DNA of 34,442 bases from a virus. Taxonomy: Duplodnaviria; Caudoviricetes. The DNA is taken from IMG/VR virus record IMGVR_UViG_3300020045_009341, positions 1-34,442 of that record, one strand, 5' to 3'. This document shows, piece after piece, positions 7,996 through 17,329 of the stretch. A program made the position numbers and the translations under genes. Every line of letters begins with the position of its first letter. Position 1 is the stretch's first letter. Under the pieces are notes generated by a model. It was given only the letters and a program-made list of their open reading frames with translations. It was not told the origin of the DNA and did no database searches.

Positions 7996-9108
7996 ATGTC
8001 CAAAAACATAACGGCTATACCCTTTACAGAACTAGTAGAACGTACCTCAGAAATAGCCCGTGAACGAGCTGATGTTGAGTATAAGATTCGTGGCTACGTT
8101 AACGATGTATATTTGCGTGAGATTGGGAGAAAGTGGGACTGGAACTTCCTATTGGTAGGCTCCACTCTGACGATGAGACAACGCTACAACACAGGCACAG
8201 TCTCAGCCAACACAGGTGGAACCACAGCCACATTCTCAAGTGACGTTACTTTGGATGCCACTTATACAGGGGCTCAGTTAAACATCATAGGCAATGACTA
8301 TGTGTACGATGTGACTTACGTCAGTCCTACAAGTCTTTCAATTCAACCACCTTTATCTGGCAACGCTAACGTCACAAATTCATCTTATAACTTATTTTTT
8401 CCATTCTATGCTTTACCAACAGACTTTGACCGTTTTCCTAAGAATGGTGGATTTTCAAACTATTTAGGAAGTGTACAGAAAACTGTGCAAGAAACCCCAT
8501 TTCAAGAATGGGGAGGCAATTATTCTGCTACCCCTTCAGATACCGTAGATAGACTTAGAATCATCGGAACTAACACCGCTGGAAACCAATTACTTGAAGT
8601 CAATCCTCCGCCTCTTAACGCCAAGAGCTATCTTAACAACTACTTCCTATCACTCTCTCCTATGCGTGAGACTACAGCAGGTTTAATAGGAAACATCACA
8701 TCAGGTGGTACGAACATTGAGGGAGACACAAATTGCAGATTCTTGGAAGCTAATACAGGAGACTATTTACGCATAGACGCTTTGGGTCTAGGAAACGACT
8801 CTCTGTGGTATCGAATTATATCTATAGCAAATAACTCAGCCTTAACTTTACAAAGTGCTTTTGCAACCACAGCTATCACATCAGCTAGTTACACAATTTG
8901 CACAGCTCCTCAAATGCCAGTGAAGCTTCATGTCGGAATATTATACGGCTCGGTGTTACAGGCAGTCACGGACCAAGATGACCCTCTTTATTCACTATAT
9001 AACACCAAATTGGCAGAAGTGCTTTCTGACTCTAAGAGACTTTATGTTTCAAGAGTTTACAATCAGGATATTCACAATTTGGGAGAAGAATATTTATATC
9101 GCTACTAG
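7996..9108 (+). CDS. Head-tail adaptor / tail tubular protein A-like, with inserted beta domains
   Basis: N-terminal helix plus KWDWNFL, YALPTDFDRF, and a C-terminal MPVKLHVGILYG helix. Two T-rich inserts (YNTGTVS..., AGLIGNITSGG...). Confidence 0.65.
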   Translation: MSKNITAIPFTELVERTSEIARERADVEYKIRGYVNDVYLREIGRKWDWNFLLVGSTLTMRQRYNTGTVSANTGGTTATFSSDVTLDATYTGAQLNIIGNDYVYDVTYVSPTSLSIQPPLSGNANVTNSSYNLFFPFYALPTDFDRFPKNGGFSNYLGSVQKTVQETPFQEWGGNYSATPSDTVDRLRIIGTNTAGNQLLEVNPPPLNAKSYLNNYFLSLSPMRETTAGLIGNITSGGTNIEGDTNCRFLEANTGDYLRIDALGLGNDSLWYRIISIANNSALTLQSAFATTAITSASYTICTAPQMPVKLHVGILYGSVLQAVTDQDDPLYSLYNTKLAEVLSDSKRLYVSRVYNQDIHNLGEEYLYRY

Positions 9109-9111
9109 CTT

Positions 9112-11358
9112 ATGATACGCAATAACCAACCAATATCTTCAACGGACTTCAACAAAGGTCTCGTCACTCGTGATGATATGCTCACAACTAATTTTGACCA
9201 ATCCCCAAATTGTGAAGATATTAAATGGTATTTTGATGGTTCAGTAGGTAAACGTTATGGAACAAGCACGACTAATTCTACTGCTATAGTTCCAGTTGGT
9301 GTTGCTAATACGGCAGGATGGATTCTTGACACAAATAGTAGTCTTTCTATTAGTCTTCAAGCCTATTGGAAATTAGATGAAGCAAGTGGCATTAGAGGTG
9401 ATTCTATAGGAAACCTCCCACTGACAAATCATGGAAATATTCAGTCTATTACTGGGCTAAGAAACCAAGCTGCTGATATAAATTTATCTGTTGCAAACTC
9501 AGGTCTTTACAGAGTTATGAATAGTTCTTTAAGTGTTGGTTCGGCAGATAACTTTTCCGTTCATTGTTACGTTTATATAAATAGTTTTGGGACTACTTTT
9601 CAAAATATTATTTATGATTCAGACAGTGATTCATCAATAAATTATAGACTAATGAAAAGTGAAAGCGGAGGAATTAACAAATTTGAATTTAGAGGACTAA
9701 CAGGTACAGGTGGAAGTTTTATACTTACTGCTAATTCATTTGGGGCTATTAATACTTCAACATGGTATAGCATTATTGGATGGAGTTCTCACGGTGGTCA
9801 TGTTGGAATCTCAGTTAATCTTTCAGTAGACACAATGCCTTCTGTTTTAAATATAGTTGGTGCTGGTAGCATGGGAACATTCAATGTTGGCATGTCTGGA
9901 ACTGCTGGCGCTACAAGTTTCTTAAATGGACGAGTTGATGAGTTGGGATTTTGGAAAAAAGTTCTATCTGCAACAGAACGCTCAAATCTTTATGGCGGAG
10001 GAAGTGGCAATACTTATTTAAATGCTCAAGAAGCAGGAATAGGTTTTCCTTGGTATTCATTTGATTTTGGAGCTCAAAATTTACGATGGATAACAGTCTG
10101 TGCTGGCACTGGCATTATGGCTTCTTCCAACAGAGGTACGACTTGGGTAAATATAGCTACAAGTCGAACTTTAACTTATCAGTATCTCCAACGTTCCAAG
10201 AACGTCCTAATCGCCACATCAGATGCTTATGATGTTCCTCTTTACTGGGCAGGTTCTGCTGGAACATTTGCAATAGCTCTTCATGCTGGAACTGGAACTT
10301 TATTTAAATACTCAAATAACTATGGTGGATTCTTAATTGGACTAAACTCTTCTACTAGTAAATTAGGCTTCTATTATGTTGATGAGAATCTTCAACTCAC
10401 AGACGCTTTCAGTTCTTTTAATATCCCATCTAGTTTAGATGATGAAATCACTGGTTCATTTATTCTAAACAAGTTTCTTTATGTCCATACTCGTTATTTT
10501 ATGTATCTTGTCCAGTTTGTTGGTGGTAATCCTGACTGGTCATTTCTTAAAGTCAGAGATTATGGGTATGTAGCTCGTACAGTTAAAATCTCCTATCTTA
10601 AAGGTCAACAAGTAGCCATAGGTCTCGACTGGGATGGGAGAGTTCGAGTATTTGATGGTTCTGCCGACACTATTATCTCAGACTCAGTTGAGAATGATAA
10701 CGGCTACTGTGACTTTGCTTTAAACAAGATTTCTCGTGTAGGTTCAGGACTTATCGTATCCTACGCCGAAGTAGACACCAACGAACAAGAATATCGTCTT
10801 GGACTTGCGGTAGGAGCTGAGTCAACTCAGACTACACATCATCTAGTTCTAAATACTCGTACCATGTCATTCTATCCATACTTTAATCAACCATACAACA
10901 CAATGGTCATGGCTGAGTCTAACAACCAAAGAGTTCTCCTGGCATTTGACCGTTCTGGGTGGTGCCACATATTAAACTCAGGCAACTTGGACGCTGGCGT
11001 ATCTCCTATTAATGAAGTATATGACTCTCCTCTGATATTTAGGAAGACTCCTACAATGGTGTCAAAGTCTCACGAAATAGACTTATTCTTTAAGAAAAAC
11101 TCATGCGGAATTATCAACTATCAAGACCGAACTGAAATGAGTAATACATTCTCTAAGCAAAATCCGATGATAGAGCTTAAGAGCACGGAATCTAATATTC
11201 TTTTAAGACGTACAGAAGACGTACCTTCAGTTCAGAATGTTTATCAATTCAGATTGACAAGTTCTGGTAATCAAACGAATGCTGCGACTCCTTGGAAACT
11301 TGTGAGAGTAGACTATTTACAACAAGATTTAGGGCTTGGGAAAGGTGGTTCTAATTGA
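9112..11358 (+). CDS. Tail nozzle/stabilisation protein (P22 gp10 / T7 gp12-like) with LamG/ConA-like insert
   Basis: N-terminal DFNKGLVT...QSPNCEDI..GSVGKRYG. The insert runs from LQAYWKLDEASG to FLNGRVDELGFWKKVLSATERSNLY; the remainder looks beta-propeller-like. Confidence 0.7.
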   Translation: MIRNNQPISSTDFNKGLVTRDDMLTTNFDQSPNCEDIKWYFDGSVGKRYGTSTTNSTAIVPVGVANTAGWILDTNSSLSISLQAYWKLDEASGIRGDSIGNLPLTNHGNIQSITGLRNQAADINLSVANSGLYRVMNSSLSVGSADNFSVHCYVYINSFGTTFQNIIYDSDSDSSINYRLMKSESGGINKFEFRGLTGTGGSFILTANSFGAINTSTWYSIIGWSSHGGHVGISVNLSVDTMPSVLNIVGAGSMGTFNVGMSGTAGATSFLNGRVDELGFWKKVLSATERSNLYGGGSGNTYLNAQEAGIGFPWYSFDFGAQNLRWITVCAGTGIMASSNRGTTWVNIATSRTLTYQYLQRSKNVLIATSDAYDVPLYWAGSAGTFAIALHAGTGTLFKYSNNYGGFLIGLNSSTSKLGFYYVDENLQLTDAFSSFNIPSSLDDEITGSFILNKFLYVHTRYFMYLVQFVGGNPDWSFLKVRDYGYVARTVKISYLKGQQVAIGLDWDGRVRVFDGSADTIISDSVENDNGYCDFALNKISRVGSGLIVSYAEVDTNEQEYRLGLAVGAESTQTTHHLVLNTRTMSFYPYFNQPYNTMVMAESNNQRVLLAFDRSGWCHILNSGNLDAGVSPINEVYDSPLIFRKTPTMVSKSHEIDLFFKKNSCGIINYQDRTEMSNTFSKQNPMIELKSTESNILLRRTEDVPSVQNVYQFRLTSSGNQTNAATPWKLVRVDYLQQDLGLGKGGSN

Positions 11359-11597
11359 AGGTTCCGCCGTACCATTTTGAAGGTGATGACTTACAGTTAG
11401 AAAACTTTAGAAATTCTGTTACCACATTATTAAATTATGGAAAGTATCAGACACCTATTGTTACGGCTGGCACTCCAACTTGGAGAACAGCCCAACCTGG
11501 AGAACGAGTTATTTATCGTCCTGCAAGTGGAGGAATGTCAGAATTTGTATGGGTTCAAGCATCAGCATGGTTAGTTTTAATTAGCGCATCTACTTAA
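11355..11597 (+). CDS. Small virion protein
   Basis: 80 aa, TTGA overlap, positioned between the nozzle and internal-protein genes. Confidence 0.5.
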   Translation: MKVPPYHFEGDDLQLENFRNSVTTLLNYGKYQTPIVTAGTPTWRTAQPGERVIYRPASGGMSEFVWVQASAWLVLISAST

Positions 11598-11607
11598 GGA
11601 GAATAAA

Positions 11608-13290
11608 ATGGCTATTGAAAATGAATTAAATTATTTATTCCAACCATCAACTGATGTGCCAGTGTCTTCTGTCGGTACATTAATGCCACAAGCCGCTACT
11701 TCAGGTGCAAGTGGAGCATTATCAGCTTTGGGACCTGTTGGAGCAATCTACTCTGTTCTTAGTTTATTGAAAAGTTTTAATGATAAAGGAAGAGAAGAAA
11801 AAATGAATGAGGGACGGCAAAGAGACGCAGCTCTTGAAGCAGAAGCTAATAGAATGGCTCCATTAGAAAATTTAAGAACATCAGCTCAATCAAAGCTTCA
11901 AGAATTTTATGATAAAGCTTCTCAAGTAGGAGTTCCAATTCCTCCAGAGTTTGAGTATATAAAAGATGCTTTAAAGGAAGAGAATTTAACCCAACTTAGA
12001 ACAGGTGCTTATTCTGCAAACATAACACAGCAAGATTTAGAAAAACTTAATAATTTTGATATAGATTCTTACATTGTTCAGAATATGAGAGATTCTGAAT
12101 TAGCCGCATATGCTGCTGATGATTTTATGAAATATGAATCAAAACCAGGTAGCAGAGGATATTTATCTCCAGAATTATTGCAAAGAATTCATAACAGAGC
12201 TATTGGGCAACCTGATTTAACTAGTATGAACCAACAACAAATTCAGTCTATAGCTCAGCCAGCAACTACTGGTGCAGCAAGTCCTTCTTTATACGGAGCT
12301 AACCCTCCAGCTGGAGCAGTTGCAGGAGCCAATACAACTACACAACCACTTCAAGGTTCATTTCAAGGAGGTCAAGCCCAGGCAGCTCCTCAGCAAAACT
12401 TCCTACAGAGATTAATGGCTGCGTTTCAAGGTCCAGGCAATAACAATATGTTAGCCCAAGTAGGTCAAGGTGCAGGGATTGGCGCAGGTAACAGCATGGG
12501 CTTAAATCCTGCATTAGGGGCTACTGTAGGCGCAGGACTAGGTCAGATAGGGTCAGCCTTTGGGAATCTATTCGGCGGCTCTCAAACAGGCACTCAGACT
12601 GGGCAACAATCAGGTCAGCAACAGCCAGGCCAGCCTCCACAACAGCCAGGAGGTTTTAGTAATCAGAATTACTTTAACGGAATGCCAAGTGGCGTAAATA
12701 CAGGAGACGCTCAACAAAGCAATCCTCTAAATGACTTATTTGCGGCTTTTGGTATCCAGAATCCAGCACAAGCAGGTTTAGGTGCAGGAATCCTAGGGCT
12801 TGGGAGTGCGCTAGAGAAAGACGTAACTTTACCTGACTTCTGGTCTGACAGAGGCGTTCAGGACTTAGCTAACTGGGGAAACACAGCCGACCATCCAATG
12901 GACGCTAATGTAGAAGCTGCTATCCAAAGAAGTATGGACATCCAAAATGAACAGCAACTCCGAAACTTAAGAGATGTCTACAAGAACGCTCGTCCAGGTG
13001 GAGATTATCTTAACGACTCAGCTTATCAACGTGATTTGGCTAATTTGCAGCGTTCTATGGCTCTTAATACTGCAGATGCCAAAGCTGGGTCTCAGCTTCA
13101 ATCCAACGCCCAACAAATAGGAGTTAAGACCGATTTGGCGGCAGGAAGTGTCGGACAAGGACGAGCACAAGCTTTACTTGATACTCAGAAACAGACGAAT
13201 CAGAACAAGTTATTCGGAGACTTAGGCTCGGCATTCATTCAAGGTAGCTTACAGAAGCCAGCAACAACTAATGTTCAAACTAATTTCTAG
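11608..13290 (+). CDS. Putative internal virion/ejection (pilot) protein
   Basis: 560 aa, Q/G/A-rich with GxxxG glycine-zipper hydrophobic segments; AAGGAG RBS. Confidence 0.6.
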   Translation: MAIENELNYLFQPSTDVPVSSVGTLMPQAATSGASGALSALGPVGAIYSVLSLLKSFNDKGREEKMNEGRQRDAALEAEANRMAPLENLRTSAQSKLQEFYDKASQVGVPIPPEFEYIKDALKEENLTQLRTGAYSANITQQDLEKLNNFDIDSYIVQNMRDSELAAYAADDFMKYESKPGSRGYLSPELLQRIHNRAIGQPDLTSMNQQQIQSIAQPATTGAASPSLYGANPPAGAVAGANTTTQPLQGSFQGGQAQAAPQQNFLQRLMAAFQGPGNNNMLAQVGQGAGIGAGNSMGLNPALGATVGAGLGQIGSAFGNLFGGSQTGTQTGQQSGQQQPGQPPQQPGGFSNQNYFNGMPSGVNTGDAQQSNPLNDLFAAFGIQNPAQAGLGAGILGLGSALEKDVTLPDFWSDRGVQDLANWGNTADHPMDANVEAAIQRSMDIQNEQQLRNLRDVYKNARPGGDYLNDSAYQRDLANLQRSMALNTADAKAGSQLQSNAQQIGVKTDLAAGSVGQGRAQALLDTQKQTNQNKLFGDLGSAFIQGSLQKPATTNVQTNF

Positions 13291-13298
13291 GAGGATTT

Positions 13299-14072
13299 AT
13301 GGCAGGATTCAGTTCAGGTGACCCAATAGAATACGGTAAAGAACTAGCAGATAGAACTAAGTCTCCACTTGATATTGCTGGTGGGAATTTGATGGATTCG
13401 TTTAAGAAAAAACAAGATACTGATTATGAGTTAAATAAACTCCAAGGATTAGAAGTATTTAAAAGAAATCTTCCTCCTACTCCATTAGAGCAATCTCAAA
13501 TTGAAGAAAATCAAGCATCTGCTTTTAAGGCTAGAAACCCTAATGAGATGAGTGCTTCTCGTCTTAATCAGAAAGACAAAAGAACTACAGAACTGTTTCA
13601 ACAAATGGAAAGAAACAAGACTAGAAAAGCAGCTATTCAAAGAGCCAAAACAGCACTTCCTACTATCCCAACTGGTATTGGTGGTCAAATAACTATGAAA
13701 GCTAAAAGTTCTTTTGGAAGCAAAGACCCAATGCTTAAAGAGTGGCAAAATCTTAAATCCCTATTAACAGACTCAACTCTTTTACAAACAGCAAATACTA
13801 AGGGGGCTATTTCTGACCAAGAAATGGCTCTGTTTAGAGAAGCCGCTGCTAATGATAAGGTAAGCAATGAACCAATGATGCAAGAGGCGTTAGACCACCT
13901 TTATAAATATATAGACACAGAAGAACAAGCTTTGGTTAATTCATATAGGCATAACTATGGTGAAGACCCAATGCAGTGGGAGGAGATGTCTAGTCCTTTG
14001 ATGCAAGGGATACAAAATATTAATCAACAACAAGAAGTAGACCCTAACGACCCTGGAGGATTATTTTCATGA
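13299..14072 (+). CDS. Putative internal virion/ejection protein
   Basis: 257 aa, helical, with a KGAISDQEM motif common in phage DNA-transfer proteins; GGAGG RBS. Confidence 0.6.
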   Translation: MAGFSSGDPIEYGKELADRTKSPLDIAGGNLMDSFKKKQDTDYELNKLQGLEVFKRNLPPTPLEQSQIEENQASAFKARNPNEMSASRLNQKDKRTTELFQQMERNKTRKAAIQRAKTALPTIPTGIGGQITMKAKSSFGSKDPMLKEWQNLKSLLTDSTLLQTANTKGAISDQEMALFREAAANDKVSNEPMMQEALDHLYKYIDTEEQALVNSYRHNYGEDPMQWEEMSSPLMQGIQNINQQQEVDPNDPGGLFS

Positions 14073-15235
14073 GCAAACCAAGGGACGCAGCTACAGCAGC
14101 AGCTTCATGGAGGGCTAAGTATCCTGGGGCTTATGATAAGTTTTCAGACTCAGAAATTGTCGCAGCTTTGCAAAAGAAATATCCTGGTGCTTATAATGAC
14201 ATAGTAGCAAAAGAAGAAGTGGTTCCTGCTGAGAATGTGTTACAAAGAGCTGCTAAAGTTATAACAAGCGCAACTGGAATAGGGCAACAACCAGACCCAA
14301 ATCATCCTTTTATGAGTGGTATTAAATCTACCATGCAAGGACTTAAACAAGCTCCAAGCATGGGTGGGTACATGGGTGCTCATGAAGTTAAGTCAGATAT
14401 GATTAATGAGAATGTTGAAAACCCAGTGGCTGCATTTGCACTTGACGCTGTTTCTGACCCTGAATCATGGATGGGAGGAGGGGCACTAGCCAAAAAAACT
14501 GGAGAAGCTGTTCAGTCTGGTGCTAAAAAAACTGGTGCATTTATGAAATCTATAGAAAAACTAAAAGGCATGAGCAAGGGAGACACTTCTATTCCTGAGA
14601 AAGCTCGTGCGGGTTTATTTCAAAATAGAGCTAAATTAGTCACTGATTTTGAGAATGATTTATCTAAACTTCCAGAAGCTTCTCATGATATATCTGAAAA
14701 TGTAAAACGAATTGGTACACTTGCCGAATTTAACCCTGCTTTGAAGGCTCAGATTGATAAAAGTCCAATGATGCAGAGGCTTATAAAAACACCAGAAATT
14801 GCTAAAGATTTAACAACCAAACAGTTTCAGGATATTAGAAATGAATTCGGAAAAGGTGTTAATTATTCATCTGGTAAAGCAGATTCTACAGTTAGAGATG
14901 TTCTTGATGAATTAAGATTCAAGCAGGCAGAACCATTTCCAGAAGCAATGCAAGCTTTGAGAGATAAGTATGGAAAAGGTATAGAAGCCTTTAAAACTGT
15001 TCGTGGTAAGTTCTCAAAGAATGCTTTAACTGATAATATTCGTAGCAGGTTTAAAAACAACCCAGAGATTTTAAAAGATGTTAAAACAGCTCTCCCAGAA
15101 GAAGTGTTTAATGAAATAGATACTTTAGGAAAGCATGAAAGAATAAAAAATACTGGGCTTGCTGTTGGAAAAGGATTAGGATTATCTGGGGTAGGTCTTG
15201 GTGCAGCTAAATGGTTATTTGGTAATAAGGAATAA
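14069..15235 (+). CDS. Putative internal virion/ejection protein
   Basis: 388 aa with a KYPGAY repeat pair at the N-terminus and a C-terminal glycine-rich hydrophobic helix. Confidence 0.55.
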   Translation: MSKPRDAATAAASWRAKYPGAYDKFSDSEIVAALQKKYPGAYNDIVAKEEVVPAENVLQRAAKVITSATGIGQQPDPNHPFMSGIKSTMQGLKQAPSMGGYMGAHEVKSDMINENVENPVAAFALDAVSDPESWMGGGALAKKTGEAVQSGAKKTGAFMKSIEKLKGMSKGDTSIPEKARAGLFQNRAKLVTDFENDLSKLPEASHDISENVKRIGTLAEFNPALKAQIDKSPMMQRLIKTPEIAKDLTTKQFQDIRNEFGKGVNYSSGKADSTVRDVLDELRFKQAEPFPEAMQALRDKYGKGIEAFKTVRGKFSKNALTDNIRSRFKNNPEILKDVKTALPEEVFNEIDTLGKHERIKNTGLAVGKGLGLSGVGLGAAKWLFGNKE

Positions 15236-15307
15236 CTAATCTGTTTTTAAATAGATTGCTATTCCCAACCCAATAGCTCCAATAAGAAATAGAAAGAAAG
15301 TAACCAT
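15236..15307 (-). CDS. 23-aa single-TM micropeptide (not in ORF track)
   Basis: MVTFFLFLIGAIGLGIAIYLKTD*, with a GAGG RBS and its own consensus promoter. It exactly abuts the stop codon of the last ejection gene. Confidence 0.6.
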   Translation of the reverse strand: MVTFFLFLIGAIGLGIAIYLKTD

Positions 15308-15320
15308 TTTTATTTTCCTC

Positions 15321-15349
15321 TTGACAAGCTCATCTAAAAATAGTATAAA
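15321..15349 (+). promoter_or_regulatory. Sigma70 promoter for the glycan cluster
   Basis: TTGACA (15321-26), N17, TATAAA (15344-49). Confidence 0.75.
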
Positions 15350-15370
15350 TTAGTTCCATGCTTATGTCAA
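15342..15370 (-). promoter_or_regulatory. Sigma70 promoter, leftward, overlapping the rightward -10
   Basis: On the minus strand, TTGACA (15370-65), N17, TATACT (15347-42). Confidence 0.75.
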
Positions 15371-17157
15371 TCATTTCTCGCATGGAAGTCATAAGCCCAT
15401 ATTATCCCTACTTACTAATCTTAATCACTCTTTTCTTAACCTACTCATACGTTATAATCCGTGGGGGCTTCGTTTCAGATGACCTCCAAGGCATCGAGCA
15501 GTACGATGGTACGCTCATGTACCCATCCGATGATGGTAAAGTCGATGAAAAAGGCCAGCCAGTTAAAGTTCGTAAAATCTGCTACGGCACCCTATCAAAG
15601 TGGGTACGCTACCATCTCTGCGGAGGGCACTTTCCATCCCGTCACTACTACAAGAACCCAGATGGTACTAACCGAGAGCCTATCCCATGTGGTAAGGTTC
15701 CATCAAGACACCACGCCTTAAGTGTCATTGCCCAGTCAGTAGCCTGCATCCTCTTATACCAATTCCTAATAGGCGTCACAACTCCTAAAATAGCTTTATT
15801 AACGGTACTTTTGTTCATAGTCCACCCAACTTGCCTACAAGCCGTTGCGTGGCCTTCTGCCATAGGTTATATTTTAAGCCTCATCTGCATCTGTGGCTCT
15901 CTCCTAATCAGCCGCTGGACGATGCAAACCCTAGACTTAACTCACATAATTCTAGGACTCGGCGGCCTCGCCTTTTTCCAGGTTTGGGGAGTGTATGCCC
16001 AGGGAATCCCGTTAGCGACTTGTGCCATCATGCTGTTACTAGGTCAATGGCAACTGGCAATCTTCTCAGGCTTAATCTCAGGAGCCATTACCTTCTACAA
16101 CCTCTACGGCTACGTCAAGCACCGCAAGGAAGAGTTCAAGAAGCAGGCTATGGAAGAGTCCACAAGCTTCACACCCAGAAAGTTTGTCGTAGCGTTAAAG
16201 ACAATAGCCTACTACTTCTATCTAGCTGTATGGCCTGCACGTTTAGGTCTCTATCATACATGGGGCTTCCACTATGAGAAAGGAATCGAGAGATGGGACT
16301 GGAGAGCATTGACTGGGTTCTTATTACTGCTATTGTCATTGTTGGGTTTGTACTATGGGACTAATGAAGTCCGCATCGGGATTTTATGGTTCTACGCCTT
16401 CATCTTCCTATTCCTAAACTGGATTACCGCCCAACAGTGGGTCACAGAACGCTACCTGTACATCCCAGTCATAGGCTTGTGTCTAATATTCTCAACGTAT
16501 GCGACACTACCAATTTACTGTCTAATATTTGGGGCTATGTGGGCTAGAACGCTGTGTCATGTGGCGACCTATGACAACGAGTTAAGATTTTACCTCTCTA
16601 ACACTTGGAACTTTCCTAAGTCGGAAGTTGCTCACGGAAATCTTGGTGTCGCCTACACTTCAATTGGACTTCAAGGAGCTTCTCACGACGCATGGGTAAT
16701 GGCTGGTGCAATCAATAAAGACTATGACGTACCTTTCTATAACATTTTCTCCGCCACAAAGTCCAAGGGTATGATGATGATTCAAAACGGTCAGTATGAG
16801 CAGGGGCTCCAAACTTTAATCTCATCTATCCCAATGATAGAGAAAGTTATCTCCTGCAAAGTCATCCACTTTAAGCAGATTTGGACCAAAGAATGTGAGG
16901 ATTTGAAAGCTACCGTATCAAATCCAATTGGTTTGTTTATGAACGAAATGAACCGTCTTGAGAACGTTAAGACTATGCTTTCGATGGAAATGTCCAAGGC
17001 ACAAGACGACAAACGCCGCCAAGAGGTTCTCTCCTCGGTAAGAGACAACGATATCCAAATACAGAATCTTAGAAACTTTCTCCAATCTCGTGGAATAACT
17101 TTAGAATTTAATCCTGAAAAAGCTTTCTTAAGTAAGTTAACTCAACCTAGGAGATAG
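15358..17157 (+). CDS. TMTC-like (GT-C fold) membrane glycosyltransferase with TPR-like C-terminus
   Basis: GGFVSDD after the first TM, VHPTCLQAVAW, WPARLGLYH and TERYLYIP motifs; many TM helices; TPR-like AHGNLGVAY. The start could be 15358, 15364 or 15382. Confidence 0.75.
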   Translation: MLMSIISRMEVISPYYPYLLILITLFLTYSYVIIRGGFVSDDLQGIEQYDGTLMYPSDDGKVDEKGQPVKVRKICYGTLSKWVRYHLCGGHFPSRHYYKNPDGTNREPIPCGKVPSRHHALSVIAQSVACILLYQFLIGVTTPKIALLTVLLFIVHPTCLQAVAWPSAIGYILSLICICGSLLISRWTMQTLDLTHIILGLGGLAFFQVWGVYAQGIPLATCAIMLLLGQWQLAIFSGLISGAITFYNLYGYVKHRKEEFKKQAMEESTSFTPRKFVVALKTIAYYFYLAVWPARLGLYHTWGFHYEKGIERWDWRALTGFLLLLLSLLGLYYGTNEVRIGILWFYAFIFLFLNWITAQQWVTERYLYIPVIGLCLIFSTYATLPIYCLIFGAMWARTLCHVATYDNELRFYLSNTWNFPKSEVAHGNLGVAYTSIGLQGASHDAWVMAGAINKDYDVPFYNIFSATKSKGMMMIQNGQYEQGLQTLISSIPMIEKVISCKVIHFKQIWTKECEDLKATVSNPIGLFMNEMNRLENVKTMLSMEMSKAQDDKRRQEVLSSVRDNDIQIQNLRNFLQSRGITLEFNPEKAFLSKLTQPRR

Positions 17158-17158
17158 T

Positions 17159-17329
17159 ATGACGACACCGATACAGCAAAATCCTCAAGTAACAATTCAG
17201 CAGCTTTACATGGAATATGGAGAAATTTGTGCCCAGTTAAAGATTGCCCAGCTTAAGTATATTGAATGTGAGAAGAAGTTATTCCCGATGTTGGGTCTCA
17301 CGGTAACTCAGCAACCTCCAATGCAATGA
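17159..17329 (+). CDS. 56-aa hypothetical protein (not in ORF track)
   Basis: AGGAG RBS, MTTPIQQNPQVTIQQLYMEYGEICAQLKIAQ...; ATGA overlap with the next gene. Confidence 0.6.
   Translation: MTTPIQQNPQVTIQQLYMEYGEICAQLKIAQLKYIECEKKLFPMLGLTVTQQPPMQ

Noticed and set aside
257-11358. Many N-X-S/T sequons in virion proteins, suggesting N-glycosylation
   Set aside because: In 5268-6200 I count 8 sequons among 28 Asn at roughly 25% S+T, about what composition predicts. No oligosaccharyltransferase is recognisable.
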